From the NCBI GenBank assembly GCA_964199315.1, contig OZ116709.1, positions 11,346,001-11,410,000 of the forward strand: a DNA stretch of 64,000 nt, written 5' to 3'. This document shows, in pieces, positions 1 to 9,798 of this stretch. Position 1 is the first letter of the stretch; the number at the start of each line of letters is the position of its first letter. A model generated the notes under the pieces. That model searched no databases, was not told the origin of the DNA, and was given only the letters and a program-made list of their open reading frames with translations. The translations under genes and the position numbers were made by a program. This DNA comes from Orbicella franksi. Lineage: Eukaryota.

Positions 1-42
1 AAAAACGTTGGACTGCATACAGTCTATTGTGCACAATCAGAG

Positions 43-1008
43 TGTGAGTTACAAGGACAGAATATAGCAGGCCAAAAATCCAAGTAATCACATGCGTAGA
101 GCAGTGCGTAGTGTTAAAACGAACTCGACAAGAACTTCTGACTACGATGTAAACAGAGTTTAATTGACAGAGATCAATGTTCCATACAAACTCAAATGAA
201 ACGAATCACGTGCCAAGACGAAGGTAAAATTAAACCACGTGCTGTAAGCTTAGCCGTAAGTCGTATGATGTAAACCATATGCCGGTTCGAACTGAAATAC
301 AATAACGAAAATAGAAGCTAACGTAACTAACATACCGAAGTATAAAGATAAAATAACATAAATGAAGAAACTATTGCTAACATTCTCAATAACGTCCGTA
401 ACATGGAAGTGTAACATAATCGGCACTTATACTGATCGTACGGAAGGCTGGAAAACGATTAATAGGCTACACGGTGTGTAACTTGGACGGTACCTTTATG
501 GCAAAATAACTCTATATTGGAGATATGGATCTAATCAAGTGCGATTCCGAGCATACAGAACTAACTAACCGATTTAGTAACGATAAAAGGAAACTCAACC
601 GAAACAAATAACAATAGAAAACCTAAGAACTAACCCTAAAGAACAAGGAATAGATTACTCACTTTGGTTTGCACACGCACTGAACTTGACTTGATAGAAT
701 AGACGAGTAACAGTGTATAGAGAAACTATGGCCCAATGCCGAGTAGAAGTTGACGCAGTTAAATCTGCACTTGAACTGACCTAACCGAGGAAAACCTCGT
801 GGATATATCTAACCGGAGAACACGTACGCAAAACCTAGCAGTTATGACTATTTCCCTAACGGACATAGCAGCTGAAGGCTGGTCAACCACAGTAGATTAA
901 GTAAGTAAGTAAGGCCTTGTTTGAAAGTGACAATTACTTGATAACATCTACGGTAAAGTAAGTTCCTGCGACCAAAAAACGAATTAACATCACGTTTCAA
1001 AACCAACA
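43..1008 (-). repeat. 3' LTR of the BEL/Pao element
   Basis: Matches 7338-8303 except at 530, 540 and 840 (by-eye comparison). Adjacent to the polypurine tract. Confidence 0.97.
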
Positions 1009-1021
1009 TTCCGGCCCCTTA
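1009..1021 (-). other. Polypurine tract (plus-strand priming site)
   Basis: Element-sense TAAGGGGCCGGAA immediately precedes the TG of the 3' LTR. Confidence 0.75.
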
Positions 1022-1191
1022 AAGGCGGTACTGCAGATAGCCTTTACAAGGAGATAGAAAAAAGGGTTTGAAACATGAGGTTGACTAAATGATAATACTA
1101 TTACTTATATTAATTGGTAGATTATATTGTATTGTTCAAGAGAGTTCTGCAATCCACTGAAACTAATGGATTGTGGGTGTTCATAAGTTCC

Positions 1192-2199
1192 TTAATTCCT
1201 TGAAACGGCGGCTGCTTCCAGTAGCACAATCTTGTCGATTGGTCGCACGAGTTCCGATGTACTGGTCTTTAACTTGACGGAACGAACCAGTCCATCTCTA
1301 CGGTTGGTATACACCTCCAGGATCCGACCGAGTGGCCAGGAGTTACGGGGCTTGTTGTCGTCAAAGACCAGGACGATGTCGTCTACTGCAAAATTCCTCC
1401 GCTGCTTGTGCCATTTCTGCCATTGCTGCAGTGACGGGAGGTATTCTCTGACCCATCGCCGCCAAAATATGTCTGCTAGATACTGCACTTGACGCCATCT
1501 CCGATTGTAGTAGTTGTCGTGGCTGGTAAAGTTTCCGGGTGGAACAGTAGGTCCTGAGCGCAGCAGCAGCAGGTGGTTGGGTGTCAGAGGTTCTAGGTCA
1601 CGTGGATCGTCTGACAGCTTTGTGATAGGTCGTCCGTTGATTATTGCCTCCACTTCACACAACAGGGTGTTGAGACCCTCATCGTCTAGCACTTGCTCTT
1701 TCATCAGTGCCTTCATGACCTTGCGTACCGTCCGTATACACCTCTCCCATACTCCGCCATGGTGAGAGCCGGCTGGTGGGTTGAAGGTCCACTTGATATT
1801 CCGTTGGAGGAGAAAGTCACGAATCTGCGATTGATTCCATTCGTTGATTGCTTCCCGTAGCTCGCGCTCTCCCCTCACGAAGTTCCCGCCGTTGTCGGAT
1901 CGCATCTCCTCAGGCTGACCTCTCCTTGCGATGAATCTGCGCAACGCGCTGATAAAGGACTCTGTGTCCAATGAGGAAGCCGCCTCTATGTGGACTGCAC
2001 GTAGGGTGAGACATGTGAATATCACGCCATACCGTTTGACCCTTGTCCTTCCGCGTCGCACTTCGAATGGCCCGAAGCAGTCTACACCTGTGTAGGTGAA
2101 CGGCGGTTTCGAAGGCGTTATTCGGTCTTCGGGAAGACTCGCCATCTTTTGTTGAGCTGTTGGCGCCTGGTGTTTACGGCAGCTGAAGCACTCGTTGAG
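1192..2199 (-). CDS. BEL/Pao integrase (CxxC of the Zn finger, DDE core, C-terminal WPLGR domain), out of frame with upstream gag-pol
   Basis: Frame reads LNECFSCRKHQAPTAQQKMASLPEDR...TGVDCFGP...SDNGGNF...GGVWER...WPLGRI. In frame with the provided ORF 1192..2145. Confidence 0.93.
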   Translation of the reverse strand, partial: LNECFSCRKHQAPTAQQKMASLPEDRITPSKPPFTYTGVDCFGPFEVRRGRTRVKRYGVIFTCLTLRAVHIEAASSLDTESFISALRRFIARRGQPEEMRSDNGGNFVRGERELREAINEWNQSQIRDFLLQRNIKWTFNPPAGSHHGGVWERCIRTVRKVMKALMKEQVLDDEGLNTLLCEVEAIINGRPITKLSDDPRDLEPLTPNHLLLLRSGPTVPPGNFTSHDNYYNRRWRQVQYLADIFWRRWVREYLPSLQQWQKWHKQRRNFAVDDIVLVFDDNKPRNSWPLGRILEVYTNRRDGLVRSVKLKTSTSELVRPIDKIVLLEAAAVSRN

Positions 2200-5100
2200 A
2201 AGATCTTCCGTTTATTATCCAGTATCTCTGCCTAGTGAGCGACAAAGTGTACTCTAGGCCCGAATGACCAGCAACGTGGTGGTAATACTGGATAAGAAGC
2301 TTGACCACGTGGTGTTTCTTTGGCAGGATAACTGGATGCCTTGCATCGGTACTGATTGGCGCTCGTTGTAAACGACCACCAACTCGTATGAGACCATGAG
2401 TTAGGATTGGGTCAAGCTTGAAAATGTTGCTAGATTTCTTCAACACGTTCTGTCTGCTAGAAGTTGTCTGTTGGTCCACTTCCTTAAGACAACCGAGTTC
2501 CTCCTTGAAGCATTTGCTCTGGACGTGCTTGAGGATTTCGAATTCAGCGTTGTTCAGTTCCGCTATGGTGATGGGCGTGGTTGTGTCGGTTGACTGAATT
2601 GGACTCGTCACTCCTCTCCTTCGTTCCTTGCTAAGACGGGTGAGGTTTGACTTGTAACGGAGTATCCACGCTACTATCTTCTTGAGATAGGTCCAGGATG
2701 AAAACCGTTCAATGATTTCTAAAACGGGATCTCGAGTAGAAGCTTCGCTCATATGTACCACCGCGTCTTTCTTGACTTCTGGGTCATCATCAGGAATGGT
2801 AACGTTCATGTCAACAGGTCGTTGTGGCCATGTCTCAGTTGACTGAGTTAGGAATTCTGGGCCATGTATCCAGCGTTGGAGAGAGTCTGCTGACGCGCCT
2901 CTTGATGCGTCGTCCGCTGGATTGAATTGTGTGTTTACGTATCGCCACTGAGAGGGAGAAGATGCGTCGTGTATCGTTGCGACCCGATTGGCAACGAAAG
3001 TCTGAAAGCGCCTGTCTTGGTTTTCTAGGTAACGCAGGACACAGGTGCTGTCTGTCCAGAAGAATGATTGACTGATCGGTAGACTCAACTCCCCTCGAGA
3101 TATTTTCTCTAGTCTTGTTGCTACAACGGCTGCTGATAACTCCAGTCGGGGAATGGTAACTGGTTTGATTGGTGCAAGTCTGGATTTTCCCATGACAAAC
3201 GAACATTTCACGTTTCCATCATGACCTGTGATTCTGAGGTATGTGACGGCTCCGTAACCCTGTTGTGACGCATCGGAGAAGTGATGAAGCTGGCACGACG
3301 TGATCTCGCCGAGGTCTGGCGACTTGAAGCAACGGTCGATTGTTAGTTGCTCTAGTTTGGGTAGCTCTTGCAGCCATACTTGCCAGCGGTGCAGGAACTC
3401 ATCTGGAATCTTGTCATCCCAGCCATACTTGTTACGACAAAGGTCTTGCAGGATCAGTTTCGCATTGAGAATAAATGGAGCGGCGAACCCCAGGGGGTCG
3501 TATACTGAGCTGATTATGGATAGTATACCTCTTCTTGTAGCAGGCCTGTCCTTAATGACAATACTAAAACCAAACTGATCGGAGGCTACGTTCCATTGTA
3601 CACCAAGAGCTCGCTCCACTGGTAACTTGTCGAAGTCGAGGTTTTTGACTTGAGCTGCTCGTTCTGACTCTGGCAAGGACTCGATGACCTTTCTTGAATT
3701 AGACAGCCATTTCGTGAGCTTGAATCCGCCTCGTGCTAGGAGCTCGCGCAGTTGTCTTGCGAGTCGAATGGCGTCATCGTCTGATCCAACTGACTTGAGG
3801 CAGTCATCGACGTAGAAATTGCGTTTCACGGTTGAAATGGTTTGGGGGTCAAAATCTGCTTTGTTGTCTTCCGCTGTTTTCTTCAGTGCGAAGTTTGCGC
3901 AGCTTGGGGAAGACGCGCCTCCAAACAGATGGACTCTCATCTGGTACTCTTCTGGCTGATTGTCGAGATTTCCGTCTGGCCACCACAGGAAACTCAGAGC
4001 CTCGCAGTCACTTGGCCGGACGCGTACCTGGTGGAACATTGCTTCCACATCAGACATTAGGGCTATTTGATCCTCTCTGAATCTGGAGAGTACACCAACA
4101 AGAGAGTTAGTCAGGTCCGGCCCCTGTAAGAGCTGGTCGTTCAGTGAGGTTCCGTAATGCTTGGCTGAACAATCGAAGACTACTCTCACTTTACCGGGTT
4201 TCTGTGGGTTGAATACGGGATGATGGGGAAGGTACCAGCGGGTTCCTAGAGGGCCAGGGTCTTGACTGTTCACTTTCCTGGCGTAATCCTTAGATAGCAG
4301 ATCGTCCATAAACCCTTTGTATTTCTGATGGACAAGTGGTTCTCTCAGCAGTCGCCTTTTCAGCTGGAGGAGTCGGCGCTCTGCTAGAGTTCTGTTGTTC
4401 TGTAGGCGTGGCGGGTAGGACTTCCAGGGTAAAGCCATTTCGTAATGACCGTTTTCTAGTTTAACTGTTTCTTCCATAATGTTCAGAGCCTTCCGGTCGT
4501 TGAGTGACATAGACGTTTTTGATTCATAGAAGGTGTCGCTAAATTCTAGGTTGCAAAACTCATGAAATTGTTCATCAAGGGTCTTGTTTCCTTGAACAAA
4601 GTTCGCAGTGGACACTTCAGTCGTGGCTGCTCTGCCCAACGGGCCGTTAAGCACCCAACCTAACACTGTTCGAGTTGCAAAGGGACCGCCATCCTCACTT
4701 GGTCTCATTTCTTTGGGTTGTAGAGCCTCCGGTACGTCGCTGCCGATTAGAAGGCCAATCTCAGTGTCTATGTGAGATATGTTGACGCCTTTCAAATATG
4801 GCCAGCGGTCGACATCCTCTTGCCGGGCGATAGCTTCAGGGGGAATAGGCAAGCTTGGCCTAGAGTAGACCTTTGGCAGCTGTACTGTCTTGTTCTCGCT
4901 TAGATCGAAAGCTTCCAAACTGACTAGGGAGCATTCAGTAGGCTCGCTTTCACCTTGCAGCGTTGTTAGTGACAGCTTCGTTTTAGTTCCCTTGAAGTTC
5001 AGCTTTTCCAAAAGGCTTTCGGTGCAAAACGACGTGTTTGAACCGGAGTCCAGGAATGCGTACGTTTCCACTATTTTACCATGACCCTTTGCCTTGACCC

Positions 5101-7156
5101 GGACTGGAAGAATCGCGAGCCCGGTTACTGAATTACTTGATGTGGAGTAACTGGACTTGATGTAACCATTGTTGGCAGAGTTAGAATTAACGGGCGGTGG
5201 CTCCACGCCTTTGCCTTGGCCCCCAGTTGGGCTTTCGGTTATGGTTGAAGCGGTTGACGCGTTTGTATTGCTTCTTGGATGTAGGAAGGTAGAATGTTTA
5301 CCGACACACCCTTGTACCCTGCAGAAGCTTTCCTTTGGGCAGTCGCGCACGAAGTGACCGGCTGTCAGGCAGTTACTGCAGAGTTTATGGTCGTCCACGA
5401 ACCTTTGCCTTTCCTGGAGAGACTGTTTGCGAAACTTGTCGCAGCGTGATAGCCAGTGGCTAGAAGAACATGATGGACACTTGGGTTTTTCCTTTGAAGT
5501 TTTATCGGGTGGAGGTTTGCCTTGAGTTGAGAAGCCCCCTCCTCTTGGCGGTTTTCTCGACGATTTGCCGTTAACTTGCTTTCCCCTGTTTTCGTTTACT
5601 ACCTTGCCGAAAATGGGATGGGTTGCAGCTCTTGCCTTAGCTGCCACAAAGTCCATGATATCTTTGACGGTGACGTCTCGGTTTTCCCTTTCTATGATAC
5701 GGTCAACAGTATCGCGCCACTTCAATCTAATTCCAAATGGAAGCCGGTCGATTATCTTCTTGAGGTTGTCGGGATTGTCCAGCTTATTGACGTAACCAAT
5801 TTCCTTCAACGTATTGACGCAGCTTGAAAGCTGGATGGAAAACTGCTCAAGCGCTGATCCGTCGTCAGGTTTAATCGATGGCCCCTCAATTAGTCGTTTA
5901 ACATGCGCGGCAGCGATCTTGTAGCTCCGACCGTATCTTTCCTTCAGCAGCCTTCTCGCTTCCACGTAGCCTTCTTCTTCTTGCATGGAAAGACAACTCC
6001 TCATTAGTTCCTGGGCGGGACCAGAAGTATACTGCACTAGGTAGTACAGGGGAGAGCTTGAACTTGTGGTCTTCTGTTCCACGAGGTGTTCAAACGCGTG
6101 TATGAAGTCGCAATAATCGATGGGATCACCGCTGAAAACTTGCATACTCGGCTGCGGAAGAGTCAGTGCTGCTGTACTTTGCTGCTGATGACGTACAAGC
6201 TGCATAAGGGCTTGGTTATGTCGATCTTGCGTCTCCATTAGACGAACGAATGATGCATCGTGATGGCTACTGGGTTTGATGTCATATGGCAAACTTTCTT
6301 GGTTTGGTGTCATCCTATGGCGATATTCAGGTGCTTTGGGGTTCAGAGGATACTTAGATGGCTGTCGAGTTTCGTTTGGTTCATAGGGTTGCTTGCCTTG
6401 AGAACCAATTACTGTCTCGTCAATGATATTGCCTGGGGGGCCTCCTTCCATGGGCGTAGACGCAGACTTTACGGGTTTGAGTGCTGCTCTGACCGGCGTG
6501 ACTTCATCCCGATGAAACAGCTCACGCTCGCGGTTTTCCTCGGCTTCTGCCTCCTCGAACACTTGTCTCTCGGCCTCAGCCTCTGCGATGTCGGCTTGCA
6601 GTTGGATTTCCGCTTTCCTTTGCTTGATTCTCAATTCTTCGATTTCGAGGTCGTGCAGTTTTTGAAGGGTAGCTGCCTTGACCTCTAACGCTGCCTTTTT
6701 TGCAGCAGACCTTGCCTTTGCACTAGGGGTACTGCTTGTGCGAGAACCAATAACAGATCGCGTGTGGAACGAATCACGCGATCCGGCGTTACTTACAGAA
6801 TCCTCGGGGCCGACGAAAGCACTTTGAGCTGTCAACAATCTTTGAGCGTCTGGTTGCATGATCCATGAAGAGATTTCTCTCTCTAGTTCCGACGCTAGTT
6901 CTACAAGCGAGTCGTAATATTTTTCCGAATCTTGACGTTCTCTTTCGGTCTTAATTTGGCTATGATAAGCTTCATGAGCGATTTTGAATTCCTCTAGAAC
7001 TTCGTTTAGCTCAATCTGGACTCTTTGAATGGCGTCGGCGGATTCGCGTGCGGACAATAACTCGTTAAGTCTATTGACCTTTCTTGTCACGTTTGTCTTC
7101 GCAAAACTGCGGGCGGCCTTTAGATCATCCGGTGATTGCGGTTTTGCGGAAGCCAT
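2174..7156 (-). CDS. BEL/Pao gag-pol polyprotein (gag, aspartic protease, RT, RNase H, start of integrase), frameshifted near 2200
   Basis: 1660-aa ORF with CPSCSSSHWLSRC, CSNCLTAGHFVRDC, AFLDSGS, YLPHHPV, FYVDDCL, HFSDAS, IPRLEL and YYHHVAGH motifs. The last residues after WIINGRS are out of frame. Confidence 0.96.
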   Translation of the reverse strand: MASAKPQSPDDLKAARSFAKTNVTRKVNRLNELLSARESADAIQRVQIELNEVLEEFKIAHEAYHSQIKTERERQDSEKYYDSLVELASELEREISSWIMQPDAQRLLTAQSAFVGPEDSVSNAGSRDSFHTRSVIGSRTSSTPSAKARSAAKKAALEVKAATLQKLHDLEIEELRIKQRKAEIQLQADIAEAEAERQVFEEAEAEENRERELFHRDEVTPVRAALKPVKSASTPMEGGPPGNIIDETVIGSQGKQPYEPNETRQPSKYPLNPKAPEYRHRMTPNQESLPYDIKPSSHHDASFVRLMETQDRHNQALMQLVRHQQQSTAALTLPQPSMQVFSGDPIDYCDFIHAFEHLVEQKTTSSSSPLYYLVQYTSGPAQELMRSCLSMQEEEGYVEARRLLKERYGRSYKIAAAHVKRLIEGPSIKPDDGSALEQFSIQLSSCVNTLKEIGYVNKLDNPDNLKKIIDRLPFGIRLKWRDTVDRIIERENRDVTVKDIMDFVAAKARAATHPIFGKVVNENRGKQVNGKSSRKPPRGGGFSTQGKPPPDKTSKEKPKCPSCSSSHWLSRCDKFRKQSLQERQRFVDDHKLCSNCLTAGHFVRDCPKESFCRVQGCVGKHSTFLHPRSNTNASTASTITESPTGGQGKGVEPPPVNSNSANNGYIKSSYSTSSNSVTGLAILPVRVKAKGHGKIVETYAFLDSGSNTSFCTESLLEKLNFKGTKTKLSLTTLQGESEPTECSLVSLEAFDLSENKTVQLPKVYSRPSLPIPPEAIARQEDVDRWPYLKGVNISHIDTEIGLLIGSDVPEALQPKEMRPSEDGGPFATRTVLGWVLNGPLGRAATTEVSTANFVQGNKTLDEQFHEFCNLEFSDTFYESKTSMSLNDRKALNIMEETVKLENGHYEMALPWKSYPPRLQNNRTLAERRLLQLKRRLLREPLVHQKYKGFMDDLLSKDYARKVNSQDPGPLGTRWYLPHHPVFNPQKPGKVRVVFDCSAKHYGTSLNDQLLQGPDLTNSLVGVLSRFREDQIALMSDVEAMFHQVRVRPSDCEALSFLWWPDGNLDNQPEEYQMRVHLFGGASSPSCANFALKKTAEDNKADFDPQTISTVKRNFYVDDCLKSVGSDDDAIRLARQLRELLARGGFKLTKWLSNSRKVIESLPESERAAQVKNLDFDKLPVERALGVQWNVASDQFGFSIVIKDRPATRRGILSIISSVYDPLGFAAPFILNAKLILQDLCRNKYGWDDKIPDEFLHRWQVWLQELPKLEQLTIDRCFKSPDLGEITSCQLHHFSDASQQGYGAVTYLRITGHDGNVKCSFVMGKSRLAPIKPVTIPRLELSAAVVATRLEKISRGELSLPISQSFFWTDSTCVLRYLENQDRRFQTFVANRVATIHDASSPSQWRYVNTQFNPADDASRGASADSLQRWIHGPEFLTQSTETWPQRPVDMNVTIPDDDPEVKKDAVVHMSEASTRDPVLEIIERFSSWTYLKKIVAWILRYKSNLTRLSKERRRGVTSPIQSTDTTTPITIAELNNAEFEILKHVQSKCFKEELGCLKEVDQQTTSSRQNVLKKSSNIFKLDPILTHGLIRVGGRLQRAPISTDARHPVILPKKHHVVKLLIQYYHHVAGHSGLEYTLSLTRQRYWIINGRSSQRVLQLP

Positions 7157-7337
7157 TGTGGAACGTTAATCCTTGATAAATCCGATTAATTGCGGTAGAT
7201 AAGAAAACGACAATCGTGCGTTACACTGAATGACAAATTGCAGATAACACGGGGTTGAAGTGCGTTGGAGTGATTGACGTGCAAATTAGTCAGCGAATTC
7301 TTCGAATTCCTTCGCGGTGCAGCAAATTCGAACTAAA

Positions 7338-8303
7338 TGTGAGTTACAAGGACAGAATATAGCAGGCCAAAAATCCAAGTAATCACATGCGTAGAGCAGT
7401 GCGTAGTGTTAAAACGAACTCGACAAGAACTTCTGACTACGATGTAAACAGAGTTTAATTGACAGAGATCAATGTTCCATACAAACTCAAATGAAACGAA
7501 TCACGTGCCAAGACGAAGGTAAAATTAAACCACGTGCTGTAAGCTTAGCCGTAAGTCGTATGATGTAAACCATATGCCGGTTCGAACTGAAATACAATAA
7601 CGAAAATAGAAGCTAACGTAACTAACATACCGAAGTATAAAGATAAAATAACATAAATGAAGAAACTATTGCTAACATTCTCAATAACGTCCGTAACATG
7701 GAAGTGTAACATAATCGGCACTTATACTGATCGTACGGAAGGCTGGAAAACGATTAATAGGCTACACGGTGTGTAACTTGGACGGTACCTTTATGGCAAA
7801 ATAACTCTATATTGGAGATATGGACCTAATCAAGCGCGATTCCGAGCATACAGAACTAACTAACCGATTTAGTAACGATAAAAGGAAACTCAACCGAAAC
7901 AAATAACAATAGAAAACCTAAGAACTAACCCTAAAGAACAAGGAATAGATTACTCACTTTGGTTTGCACACGCACTGAACTTGACTTGATAGAATAGACG
8001 AGTAACAGTGTATAGAGAAACTATGGCCCAATGCCGAGTAGAAGTTGACGCAGTTAAATCTGCACTTGAACTGACCTAACCGAGGAAAACCTCGTGGATA
8101 TATCTAACCGGAGAACACGTACGCAAAACCTAGCGGTTATGACTATTTCCCTAACGGACATAGCAGCTGAAGGCTGGTCAACCACAGTAGATTAAGTAAG
8201 TAAGTAAGGCCTTGTTTGAAAGTGACAATTACTTGATAACATCTACGGTAAAGTAAGTTCCTGCGACCAAAAAACGAATTAACATCACGTTTCAAAACCA
8301 ACA
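7338..8303 (-). repeat. 5' LTR of the BEL/Pao element
   Basis: 966-bp near-identical copy of 43-1008, followed on the plus strand by the TSD CAGAG. Confidence 0.97.
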
Positions 8304-9497
8304 CAGAGTTATGCCTGGCAAACATCAAAGGAGCAAACAAAGACGCGAAGATTTATGTTGGAAGGTCCACGACAGTGCACAATCTTTTGTTTTGCGCTCA
8401 TACACTATGCATGAATTACGTAACCAACACGTTTTGATTGGTTAGTTCCTCAGTACGGAGTAAACAACTATTGTGTTTTGTGCACCGTCAAGGTCAAAAA
8501 AGTGAACAAAAACATACAACAAAGAATTTTGTTGAGTTTCATAACCATTCCCCTCTATAATTCAACAAATGCTATATATCCCTCATTGACAAAGTCACTC
8601 ATATTTATAATTATTTATCATTATTTTGTTAACCAGTGTATATGAAGATGGCCATTGATTTGACTTTAATTTGCTGAAGACTCAGCATTTGTGACAAAAT
8701 TACTACTAGCAACCACTTATTCCTCAACCTGAACCAGGTGCCAACATGAAAGCAAGGCCTACAAAAAGCCATTTCCCTTCAAACATAGTAAACAGGCCGA
8801 TGTGTTGTTCTAGAAAATAGCAGTACATGTACCTCTTCCACAGAGCATTTTCTTGATTTAGCCTCCACCATATCCCTAGGAATATATTCCAGTTTTGTTC
8901 ATTCTTTCATTTGATAATTTTGGATTGAGACTCCCCTTCCCATTGGAATTTCCAATAACCCTCCCTGGGATAGGCATGGATACTTGATGGAATGTTTTTC
9001 TTACCCCCAAGAAAACCTTTGACTGTCAATGCTGATGCACTGACTCTATCACTCACTTTAAAAACACCAGGAAAGTCTTGCTAAATAAATGGAGAGATGC
9101 CGAGGATAAGAAGGGGGTTGGGGTTGGGGTCTTCCTGATCAGATCAACCTGTCACTATTTTTTACTGACAGGTTCTCTATAGTTATGAGTTTTCAGTTTC
9201 CTATTCATGAAGGATCAGACTTAATGAGACAAAACGTTCATTAGGCGTTCCACCGTCCATTGTACCTCTCTGCACCATTCTAGTATTACATGTTCACCCC
9301 TTTGGAAAAAAAAAACAACAATTTATCTGTCGATTTCAGCTACCTCGTATATTTCCGCGATCAAAAACCGTCATGGTTGCCAGAAGGCACGAAACATCTC
9401 ATACCAGATACACCTATGCTAGCTCTCATTCCCTAAGCTTATGTGATTCAATTTACAACTACGTGCAGCACATGCAAAAACGAAAATAACAACTCAC

Positions 9498-9722
9498 CGC
9501 CTTGGAATCAATCCGGTTCTCGTAGTAGTCAGGTCCCTTGAAATAGGAGAAGTCTGCCAAGATCTCGCCATATTTATCACGGTCTTCTTTCGTTTCTTGC
9601 TTGAAAACCGGAGGTATAAAGTCGGAGAGCCGCAATAGCTCGGCAACGATGGCATTTCCTCGGCTAACGAGCTTTAAAACGGTCTGTCCGCAAGCGTTGT
9701 TATCTGCAAGGAAGTCCACCAT
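9498..9722 (-). CDS. WASHC5: WASH complex subunit 5 (strumpellin), coding exon 1; the rest of the gene lies left of the window
   Basis: [40 protein letters not shown]...DFSYFKGP matches the strumpellin N-terminus as recalled (MLDFLAENNLCGQ...GNAIIAELLRLS). Donor GCG|gtgagt at 9497. No exon 2 seen in 8309-9497. Confidence 0.92.
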
Positions 9723-9798
9723 CTTGGATTACCGATATCATGTGACCGAGGCTCGAGGAGTAAGTCCCATGATGCGTTTAGAGTTGGGATTTTGAAAA
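9723..9798. promoter_or_regulatory. Bidirectional promoter / 5' UTR region shared by WASHC5 and HAUS7
   Basis: Divergent ATGs at 9722 (-) and 9799 (+). A YY1-like AAAATGGCGGC overlaps the HAUS7 ATG. Confidence 0.7.

Larger units (their letters stand above)
43..8303 (-). mobile_element. Full-length BEL/Pao-family LTR retrotransposon
   Basis: Two 966-bp direct repeats (43-1008, 7338-8303) with TG...CA ends. The 5-bp TSD CAGAG is at 38-42 and 8304-8308. Internal ORF order is gag (three Cys/His knuckles), protease (LDSGS), RT (FYVDD), RNase H (HFSDAS), integrase, which is the BEL/Pao order. Confidence 0.97.

Noticed and set aside
1021-1191. Possible env-like gene between the integrase and 3' LTR
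   Set aside because: Only about 170 nt with no ORF.
1232-6688. Plus-strand and alternative-frame ORFs over gag-pol (for example 2835..3206, 3300..3578, 6260..6688)
   Set aside because: Shadow ORFs of the retrotransposon coding region with no independent motifs.
8309-9497. Search for WASHC5 exon 2 (expected ELQDLDEEF-like peptide)
   Set aside because: No matching frame seen; it presumably lies left of the window.
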